Source: Histomonas meleagridis 2922-C6/04-290x
Taxonomy: Eukaryota > Protista > Parabasalia
Length of the DNA: 64,000 bases
Reading direction: 5' to 3'
NCBI GenBank assembly: GCA_020184695.1
Contig: JAANOX010000011.1
Span: 310,001-374,000 of the forward strand
Below the pieces are notes generated by a model, which did not search any database, had not been told where the DNA came from, and worked only from the letters and a program-made list of their open reading frames with translations. The first letter of the stretch is position 1. Each line of letters begins with the position of its first letter. This document shows, piece after piece, positions 23,445 through 32,307 of the stretch. Position numbers and translations under genes: made by a program.

Positions 23445-24346
23445 ATGGAATTAATGCAAAAATTAAAAGATTTAACCAAAATTATATTTAACACTAGCCA
23501 AAATAATTGTAGCTTATCAGTTGAAGCAACCATGAAACATTTTGATAAAACTATACCTTATTCATTTAATCTTATTGTTTCTCAAATAACATTTTCTGCT
23601 TTCACAATAAAAGCTCTAGATGAAAATTTATGTTTTCAATATTTAAAAGAAATTGAAATAAAAGAGAAAGAAATTGATGATAAAATACCAAAAATTTTTG
23701 ATGTTTTCCGACAATATCTTCTTTCAATAAAAAATAATGAATCTAATTTTCTACTTGAAAAGATGATTGAACACGGAATAATTAATGATTTTGATCGAAA
23801 TCTTGTCAAAAAATTCCATTCTTTCCAACGTATATATTTTGCACATAAATTATCAAAAAAGAATGTTTTAACAATTATCAATAGTTTTAAAATAAATTAT
23901 TTAAGGCCACCATATCCATTTTCACAAGAAATTATATCAAACATTGAAGAACTTTCAAAAGACGATTGGAAGCTTCATAAAGAATTCATTATGGAAGGAA
24001 TCAATTCAACACCTATTGCATAAATTCTTCGAAATGATGAAATTGAAAGACTTCAAGAAATAGCATCACAAACAAGTTTTGATTTTAATCAAACTATTGA
24101 GCCATCACTATATGAACGATATTCATTTATAAACAAAGAAATCGTTACATTAATTGATTATTGCGCATTTTTTGGTTCATTGAATTCTTTTATTTAAGAT
24201 TTGTATCCGGTTATTTTATTTAAGATTTGTATCCGGTTATTTTATATTTCTTTGTTTATATTGGAAACACTGCAATTAAACTCGCATATAAAAATGCTAA
24301 TAATAAAATCGCGAAATTACTTGATACAAAAATAAAGAAAATATAA
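23445..24346 (+). pseudogene. DUF3447-like/ankyrin pseudogene
   Basis: Premature TAA at 24021 with homology continuing past it (ILRNDEIERLQE...YCAFFGS). An internal deletion with a 26-bp tandem duplication (24191-24242) precedes a terminal repeat GNTAIKLAYKN. Confidence 0.8.
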
Positions 24347-24637
24347 ATCATTTAGCAACTCAATAAATTATTTTTTTATATAAATTTTTATCCACATCCT
24401 GTTAAACATTAAATTTTTAATATGTAATTAATCTTAATTATTAATACAAATATATCCATATAATATTATTAACCTTTTCTTTCAGTAAAGTTTACAGTTA
24501 ATATTTTCAAAATATTAAAAGCGCTTTTGCCTTAAAAAACAGCGAAGTTCATTTTCTGAAGTTTTATCAATATCAACAAAATGTAATTCGAGTTGCGAAT
24601 GTTGTCACAAATTGAACAGTTTACATCAATTCACTAT

Positions 24638-26059
24638 TTACTGTGATAAATATTCATCCACGAAACCCAATAAAGTCAGTGCCGATTCCTGTGTGCACCC
24701 ATTCATCAAAGGCAAGTTCTTTGCCACGTCCTTCATATTAGGGAATATCCAAGACGGCCTCAGCGCCCTTCTCATCCATTCGTTCCTCATTCGCAGCGAC
24801 TCCTCGGCGAGCAGCACAGCCCTCGCGACCTTATTCTTGTTGGATATTGCGTGCAAAGTCATTCTGCACAAATGTTTCAACGATTCGTCGTCTCTAATAT
24901 TCATTTGTCGCGCGATCCTATAAACGAATTTCTTATCGAGTTCGAATTCCTTTTCATACGCCCATTGCGATATCACTTGTAGCACGCCCGCTAACACGAA
25001 ATCACTTTCGTCGTTAAGTAATTCGTATAACTTTTCGATTAATTCGTTCGGCATTTCTTTAGGATCAGCATGAGTCAATACAAATAATCGAGAATAAAGA
25101 TATGGTTCAATGGTATTAAAACGTCCATAATTTAATGCTGAGATATCATCGATCTCTTCGAACTCATATTTCGGATCTAAAATCGACTGAACACAAACTG
25201 TAGTCAATTCAGGTGATAATTGTAATGAATGTGATGGCATAGTATGGAACCAATCAACAAATGAATACTTTTGTGGTGGAGCAGTACGTAATATCATACG
25301 TAATAATAAGTCTTTGTTCCAAATGTCACTGTAAAAACGGATAACTTGATGAACATCGGATAATGTGAAGGTGTTTTGCTCGTCAAGCCATTGCTCAAAC
25401 TCTTCTTGCGTCATTGTGTCTTTAAGTTCTTGTGATGCAATCATGAGATCGACAACTAAATGTGGTGGAAAACGCTTGAGAATGGGCTTGAGAGTGGGAA
25501 CAAAGGAGGATTTGACGTTCGGATGACAAACTACAAGTTGATTAAAGAGAATTGAGGCATCAACATCATTAGTATGTGTAAGACCATTCATAAGATCAAA
25601 AACAGACTCTTTGGAATCAATTAGAAATGAAACAATCTTGGTGGGATCTTTGACGATGAGATATTTGGCAAATATTTCAATCACTTTTTTGTTGAATTTT
25701 CCATGCTCATCAAGACCAGTGTGAAGGAAAAGAGCTGCAAGAAAGTCTGGGTCTGAATAAAGTGTGTTATATGGATCAGTTTCTGGGATATTGGGATTGG
25801 CTTTGGATAACATTAAAAGTAAAATTGAAAATAATGCCTCATTAACTTCTCGTGGTGTAGTGTTAGTGGCAATCAAATTTGTAAGCTTTGGAAAGATTTT
25901 GGAAATGAGAAGAGAACTGAAATTTGGTATATATTTTTTAAACTCTTCAATAATAGGAACAAGATTCTCAACAGAGGCTTTGTTAAACTTTTCGGCTGCA
26001 TCCGAACATTGACGTTGTTGAAGTTCTTTTTCTTTCTTTTGTTGTTCAGCAGTTTTCAT
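24638..26059 (-). CDS. Hypothetical helical-repeat protein (473 aa)
   Basis: Intact ORF; no diagnostic motif recognised. Confidence 0.7.
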   Translation of the reverse strand: MKTAEQQKKEKELQQRQCSDAAEKFNKASVENLVPIIEEFKKYIPNFSSLLISKIFPKLTNLIATNTTPREVNEALFSILLLMLSKANPNIPETDPYNTLYSDPDFLAALFLHTGLDEHGKFNKKVIEIFAKYLIVKDPTKIVSFLIDSKESVFDLMNGLTHTNDVDASILFNQLVVCHPNVKSSFVPTLKPILKRFPPHLVVDLMIASQELKDTMTQEEFEQWLDEQNTFTLSDVHQVIRFYSDIWNKDLLLRMILRTAPPQKYSFVDWFHTMPSHSLQLSPELTTVCVQSILDPKYEFEEIDDISALNYGRFNTIEPYLYSRLFVLTHADPKEMPNELIEKLYELLNDESDFVLAGVLQVISQWAYEKEFELDKKFVYRIARQMNIRDDESLKHLCRMTLHAISNKNKVARAVLLAEESLRMRNEWMRRALRPSWIFPNMKDVAKNLPLMNGCTQESALTLLGFVDEYLSQ

Positions 26060-26162
26060 TTTTGCTTTTTATCAAACAAACATAGTCAAATTTTCATCGG
26101 CGTTTCCAATATATCTAACAAACCTTGTCAAAATCAAAAAAATTGAGAACCATAAATTTCTT

Positions 26163-27746
26163 TTAGAATCCATTTCCGTAAGAGCCACCAATGGATTGGC
26201 CACCTCCTCTTACAACTTGTTGTGGCATTCCATGTAATGTTCGCGGCTTTTCTCTTAGATCAAGGTTCACCAAATCGCCAAATTCATCAAGCATTCCACC
26301 GCCTTGGCTTTGTTGTGGCTTTTGCTGTGGTGGAGGAGGAGCTGAACCACTATCATGGAGATCCAAGAACGAATTGTTGTATTGCTGCTGCGGAAGTTGT
26401 TGCGGTTGGGGTTGGGGTGCCCCAAATAATAAGTCATCAAAGTTTTGCTGTTGTTGTACAGGTCTTTGTTGCTGCTGTTGGAAGTTGTTTTGTGACTGTT
26501 GTCCAAATCCTTGTTGTTGTGGTTGACCAAATACATCAAATCCTTGTTGTTGCTGTTGTTGTACTGGTCTCTGTTGTTGTTGTGGTTGGCCAAAGACGTC
26601 AAATCCTTGTTGTTGCTGCTGTTGCATTGGTCTTTGTTGTTGTTGTTGATGTTGACCAAATACATCAAATCCTTGTTGTTGCTGTTGAACTGGCCTTTGT
26701 TGTTGTGGTTGTCCGAAGACGTCAAATCCTTGTTGTTGTTGTTGCATTGGCCGTTGTTGTTGTTGAGGTTGACCAAATACATCAAATCCTTGTTGCTGTT
26801 GTTGAACTGGCCTCTGCTGTTGTTGTGGCTGGCCAAACATATCGAACCCTCCTTGCTGTTGTTGCCTTTGTTGTTGTGGATATTGATCAAATGAACTTCG
26901 ATGAGTTTGATTCTGTTGTTGTGGCTGTTGATTGAAGATGTCGAATCCTCCTTGTTGCTGTTGTCTTTGTGGTTGTTGTTGCTGCTGAGCAAATGGATCA
27001 AATGTGTTTTGATTTGATTGGCTTTGTTGTGGACTTGCAAATGGATCAGATGCCCTTCTGTCCGACTGTTTGTTTTTAGCACGCGGATCGAAGTCAAGTT
27101 CTTCGTCGTCAGATGATGATGTGGATTTCTTTCGGGAATTCTCAGTTGGAGTATAGACGTTTGGTGATATTGGATTGATACCTCCAATGGACATGTCCAT
27201 GGGTACTACGGTCGTATCGATCATAATACCATTCATTTCAAATGGTTCAACATAAAATTGTTTAACTTGCCTAATTTGAGCAACTGATGAATTTCTAATT
27301 TGTTCATACATTTCATCCGATTTTAATATTTGCATCAAATTTCCAGCTAAGTTTCTGCAATCATCTTCTGCTCGATAATTCCTATGATCAGAAGGTGCTG
27401 TAGTGTATGATTGAGACACAACATTCAAGCTACTGATGAATTGCATAGCATTTGAACGCATAGTGTCGGGCCCATACTTGACACAATAATCAAGAATTTG
27501 AAGAGATTTTTGACATGACACCACATCATCAGCGATTCTATCGAACCTCTTTATGAGTGTTTTATTGATACTTGGGAGAGCGGCTTGAACATAACAAAGA
27601 TGAGCAATTGTTTGAAATTCGCTTTCTGTCACATGGTCATCATCATCGCGTGAAGCTTCTAAAACAATCTTTTGAACAGGGTCTTTTCCTTTGAAAACAT
27701 ATTGTGTTTTGCGTGCAGCTTCTTTGGCTTTTTTCCACACTTGCAT
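26163..27746 (-). CDS. Epsin/epsinR-like ENTH-domain protein with a Gln-rich repeat tail (527 aa)
   Basis: N-terminal ENTH features (KIVLEASRDDD, KSLQILDYCVKYG), DPF motifs, repeated GFDVFGQ, C-terminal DEFGDL. Start set at MQVWKK. Confidence 0.85.
   Translation of the reverse strand: MQVWKKAKEAARKTQYVFKGKDPVQKIVLEASRDDDDHVTESEFQTIAHLCYVQAALPSINKTLIKRFDRIADDVVSCQKSLQILDYCVKYGPDTMRSNAMQFISSLNVVSQSYTTAPSDHRNYRAEDDCRNLAGNLMQILKSDEMYEQIRNSSVAQIRQVKQFYVEPFEMNGIMIDTTVVPMDMSIGGINPISPNVYTPTENSRKKSTSSSDDEELDFDPRAKNKQSDRRASDPFASPQQSQSNQNTFDPFAQQQQQPQRQQQQGGFDIFNQQPQQQNQTHRSSFDQYPQQQRQQQQGGFDMFGQPQQQQRPVQQQQQGFDVFGQPQQQQRPMQQQQQGFDVFGQPQQQRPVQQQQQGFDVFGQHQQQQQRPMQQQQQQGFDVFGQPQQQQRPVQQQQQQGFDVFGQPQQQGFGQQSQNNFQQQQQRPVQQQQNFDDLLFGAPQPQPQQLPQQQYNNSFLDLHDSGSAPPPPQQKPQQSQGGGMLDEFGDLVNLDLREKPRTLHGMPQQVVRGGGQSIGGSYGNGF
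26490..26990 (-). repeat. Coding minisatellite: GFD(V/M/I)FGQPQQQQRP(V/M)QQQQ units with CAA runs
   Basis: Directly visible ~51-60-bp units, about 7 copies. Confidence 0.9.
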
Positions 27747-28513
27747 TTTGTATGCCAAACGCCTCAATTTTTGAATACACGAAACGGCAACAATGCTTTG
27801 AAAAGTAAAGATCGGTTTCCCCAGAAATCTTCGTACTTTTGGTGTTTGTCAATCGCTTTTGATTTAAAAAGTCAATCGTAGATTCAATTTTCTGAAGTTA
27901 AAAAAGAACCACTTTATTTGGGCATTGATATCATTTGGCATCCTCCAAATCCATAATCCTCGAAAAATGTAATTAACTCTTGGCGTATGACTCAGGTTTA
28001 ATAAAATGTGAGGATAATTCAAAATGAGAAAAGAAAAATTTACAATTATATACCAAACTATATCGTATTAAGAATTCTAAAGTTGTCACTTCTTTTTGAA
28101 TTGGAAGTATTAAGGTTTTTAACTTCGACTCGCTGACAAGTTTGTTCCTAAGTTTTACATTTTTTTTATTTTGTCATTGTTCATATCACATCACTTTCCT
28201 TTGAAATAACTGCAGTTATTGAATTAAAATTTCAATAACACCAATATGAGGTGAAATGACCATTTAAATGGGACAACCCGAACTCATGGTGCAAGAATTT
28301 GAACATGAACTCAATGATAAGTATCATGGATTTCATGCCAACAAATACTTTCATCCAAATAGTTCAAACCAAACAAAATAACTGTTATTTGAATAACATC
28401 CTTCACACATATTTATATAAATGATTTTTGAATTGATATTTGGACTACGGTTTTTATCATGGTATCGTTAGTGGTTATTTCATCCAAATTCTTTTTATTT
28501 CAAAAGTGACAAT

Positions 28514-31037
28514 ATGAAACCAGTAAGATTGAGCAAAAGTTCTACAGAAGCAATAGTAAATGAAATATTAAACTTAAAGTCACTTGAAGAAATTGTTTTG
28601 AAATTGAATTGTAATAATGTTAAAGAATCAGTTGAATCAATTTTTAGTATGTTTGGGCAAAATTATCCATATTCAGTTTTTTCTATTTCATGTCAATTAG
28701 TGTATTCAGCGTTTGTTTCACTGTTGAATGAATTTGATGTTTACTTTAATTTTTTAGAAGCATTATCAAGAAAATATGAACAATTTTGTAAATTTCACAT
28801 AATAAACATTTTCACAAATTTTCTTCTTTTCACCCAAACTCAAGAAGCAGATTATCTTTTAGAAAAGCTGTCTGAATATAATTTAATTAATAATAACTTA
28901 TTAATCAAAAGGGGCTCTTTATATTTTCTGCATTTAATGACAAAAACAGATTATTATTATGATGTAAAAAATTTAAATCTGAGAAAATATAATTCGAAAA
29001 ATTTAATTTTTAGTGATAATATTGAAAAAAATGATTGGGAACTTCATAAGCAATTAATTAAAGAAGGAATTAATCCAAATGAAATTGCAAAAATAATTCG
29101 AAATGATGAAATCGAAAAACTTCAAGAAATATCATCACAAGATAATTTTGATTTTAATCAATATATTGAGCCATCAATTTATGAAAGATGTTCATTTATT
29201 AATCAAGAAAATGTTAAATTAATCGATTATGCAGCATTTTTTGGATCAGTTAAATGTTTTAAATATTTACTTATGAATAATGCAAGTGTAGAAAACACAG
29301 GTAAATATGCAGTTGCAGGTGGAAATCTTGAAATTATACATTTGTGTGAACAAAATCATTCATCATTTTATGGATCATATGAAATAGCAATTGAATTTCA
29401 TCGAAATGATATCTTTAAATATCTTTATGAAAATATTATTATTAAAACTATCGATTTGAAAATGTTTTATAAAAAATGTATTTTAAATAATTCGTATGAA
29501 ATTCTTTCATATTTGTATGAAATTGAAAAAATGAAATTTGAAACATTTATTAATGAGTTTTCATTTATAGGAAATTTATTCATTATGAAATGTTTTCTTG
29601 ATGATAATATAAAATTGCTAAATAATGTGTTTATATCATTTGCAAGATCAGGTAATGTAGAACTTATTGAATACATTATTAAAAATAAAAATATTGATGT
29701 TAATATGAAGGATGTTTCTAAAATATTTTTGAAATTTGTTTGAATAATATGATATATCATAATAACATTTGGTAAATATTTAAATTTTTTAATACAGCAT
29801 TTATAATAGCTTCTAAAAATGGACACATTGAAGTTGTTAAATATCTTCTTAAACAGAAAAAAATTAAAATCAATGTTCGAAATATTTTTTTTATTATATT
29901 AATGATTCTTTTAATAATTTTATATATCAAAATAATATTTGGAAATTATTTAAATTATTTGAAACAGCACTTATGTATGCATCTTCAAAAGGTTATACAG
30001 AAATAGTTAAATTACTTCTTGAACAAAAAGGAATTGATATTAATGCTAAAGATATTTATTTGTTTTATTTAATATTTATTTTAATAATTTATTATTTCAA
30101 AATAATATTTGAAAATTATTTAAAATATTTGGTACAGCATTTATTAGAGCATCTCAAAATGGTTATACAGAAATTGTTAAATTACTTCTTGAACAAAAAG
30201 GAATTGATATTAATGCTAAAAATATTTATTTTATTTTCTATTTCAAAATAATATTTGGAAATTATTTAAAATATTTGGTACAGCATTTATTAGAGCATCT
30301 GAGAATGGTAGAACAGAAATTGTTAAATTACTTCTTGAGCAAAAAGGAATTGATATTAATGCTAAAGATATTTATTTGTTTTATTTAATATTTATTTTAA
30401 TAATTTTATATATCAAAATAATATTTGGAAATTATTTAAATTATTTGAAACATCACTTATGTATGCATCTTCAAAAGGTTATACAGAAATAGTTAAATTA
30501 CTTCTTGAACAAAAAGGAATTGATGTTAATGCTAAAGATATTTATTTGTTTCATTTGATATTTGTTTTAATAATTTAGAATTTAAAAATAATATTTGGAA
30601 ATTATTTAAATTATTTGAAACAGCACTTATGTATGCATCTTCAAAAGGTTATACAGAAATAGTTAAATTACTTCTTGAACAAAAAGGAATTGATATTAAT
30701 GCTAAAGATATTTATTTGTTTTATTTAATATTTATTTTAATAATTTATTATTTCAAATTAATATTTGGAAATTATTTAAAATATTTGGTACAGCATTTAT
30801 TAGAGCATCTCAAAATGGTTATACAGAAATAGTTAAATTACTTCTTGAACAAAAAGGAATTGATATTAATGCCAAAGATATTTATTTGCTTTATTTAAAA
30901 TTTATTTTAATAATTTTATATTTCGAAATAATATTTGGAAATTATTTAAATTATGTAAAACAGCACTTATTATAGCATCTGAGAATGGTAGAACAGAAAT
31001 CGTTAAATTACTTGAACAAAAAAGAAATATCATTTAA
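28514..31037 (+). CDS. DUF3447-like + ankyrin-repeat gene; 400 intact codons, then ankyrin repeats interrupted by 17-nt inserts
   Basis: ORF is open to KD at 29713, followed by eight spacers (80, 80, 80, 56, 80, 80, 80, 80 nt) and 90-nt stop-free repeats. Stop at 31035-31037. A full product requires insert removal (inference). Confidence 0.8.
29714..30959 (+). repeat. 170-bp tandem array: 90-nt ankyrin helix unit + 80-nt spacer of 4 x (17-nt insert + codon)
   Basis: Repeat starts at 29794, 29964, 30134, 30280, 30450, 30620, 30790 and 30960. Confidence 0.95.
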
Positions 31038-31166
31038 TTGTTATATCACACTCATAAATTATTATGTATACCTTTTAGAAAAATGATTTTTTTATAAATT
31101 ATGATTTTTTTTGTTTCAAAATTCGTATTTTTATGTTTTTGACATTTCATCTATTTAGAATTTAAT

Positions 31167-31320
31167 GTAAGTATACTTACGCACTTTTTTCCTTTCTCGC
31201 CTGTGAGTTGACTTGATATAGGGAATAAATGGCCAGCACGATGCACGGGCGCAATTTTTTTCCTATATCAAGTCAAACGGTGAGATCCCACATATGCCAA
31301 TCTGATTCCCTTTTTTTATT
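31167..31320. other. GC-richer hairpin segment (candidate structured ncRNA or transposon end)
   Basis: Perfect 14-nt palindrome gtaagtatacttac (31167-31180). Perfect 15-bp inverted repeat at 31208-31222 / 31262-31276. T-run at 31311. Confidence 0.4.
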
Positions 31321-31484
31321 AATTTTTTTTCTTTTTTTCTTTTCTCTACTCTTAATTTTTTTTTCTTTATACTTTATTCTTTTGTTAAAATAAAATTTTT
31401 TTTATCTATTAGTTTTTATACTTATTATTTAAAAGTAATTCATTTTTTATAATTTGGGGTGTATGGGGATTTCACATTGTAAAA

Positions 31485-31900
31485 ATGGCTCCAAATGGTA
31501 TTTCAAATAATAGCCAATATTTCATTGATAATATTATAATACCATTAAATGAAAAAAGTAATACGATCTGGTCAGGGAGGGGAAAACATAAAACAAGGCT
31601 CCATCTCGATAACTGTAAAGTACACAATTCTCAATCAACGATAACTTTTATCAATAAATCTCCATATGAAAGAGCCCACCTTATTCCCCAGATATTGCCC
31701 CATCCGATTTCTTCGAATTTGGTTATGTAAGAGGAAAGCTCAAAGGGAATTCGTTCGATACCCCAGAAGATTTTTTTGAAGCAGTGATTGAAATTTTAAA
31801 TCAAATTTCACACGATACTTTGATTCAAGTTTATCTAGAATGGAAGATAAGATGCAACTGGATAGTTGAACACAATGGTGAATATTTTCACGCTGAATAA
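31485..31900 (+). mobile_element. Tc1/mariner transposase C-terminal remnant (frameshifted)
   Basis: LHLDNCKVHNS, then after a frameshift near 31675 PPYSPDIAPSDFFEFGYVRGKLKG...VEHNGEYF. This is the mariner YSPDLAPxD motif. Confidence 0.88.
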
Positions 31901-32307
31901 AATGATGATTAAAAATTTCTATCATGCCAATTTTTCAAATATGTGAAATTACTAAAAATCTAAAACTAGTTTTTGAAATTAGTATTTTAGGGAACAATTT
32001 CTTATGATTTTTGATTAAATCTTCAGCAAGTTTTGTTTTCTGATTATCCATCTTTCCCACCTTAAGCATTGGGAATACTGTTTGTTTTTTTGATTCTAAC
32101 CAGAATAAATTTCTTTAAAGAAATAAATTTCATTTCATTCCTCATTTCTTATGATAAAAGAAGAGAAGACATCAATGTTTCTTTGATTTTTCCTCTTGTT
32201 ATCTCATGTCGAACGCAGAAGTTTTTGTACACAGTGTAAATGCTATTTAAACTTGACAAAATTATAATGATAATAACTTTTAATTATAATTAAATAATCT
32301 TTAAAAA

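Noticed and set aside
26191-27187. Overlapping antisense and alternative-frame ORFs rich in Val, Leu, Cys or Asn
   Set aside because: These are shadow ORFs of the CAA-rich epsin repeat.
29714-29793. Single 68-nt intron per repeat, canonical or U12 AT-AC
   Set aside because: No consistent GT-AG, AT-AC or ACTAAC motif. One contiguous excision does not recover the conserved Gly, and individual 17-nt modules are missing independently.
30054-30133. Programmed -1 ribosomal frameshift at the T-TTA-AAA/T heptamer near spacer ends (80+1 = 27 codons)
   Set aside because: Some spacers (e.g. 62722-62801) have stops in both relevant frames. A frameshift would put 27 hydrophobic residues in every loop. 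It also cannot explain the 63- and 46-nt variants or the D-x-x-G-x-T match on the 17+3 grid.
29973-30832. Short ORF-track calls at 29973, 30629, 19960, 20055, 34763, 40901 and 63219 as separate genes
   Set aside because: Each is one ankyrin repeat read into adjacent spacer sequence, i.e. pieces of the larger interrupted genes.
29714-30959. CRISPR-like array (regular repeat-spacer period)
   Set aside because: The context is eukaryotic, the conserved part is protein-coding ankyrin, the spacers are homologous to each other, and there are no cas genes.
31172-31185. U1 snRNA 5' end (ATACTTAC)
   Set aside because: It continues GCAC and not CTG, it is half of a DNA palindrome, and no U1 stem-loops or Sm site were recognised.
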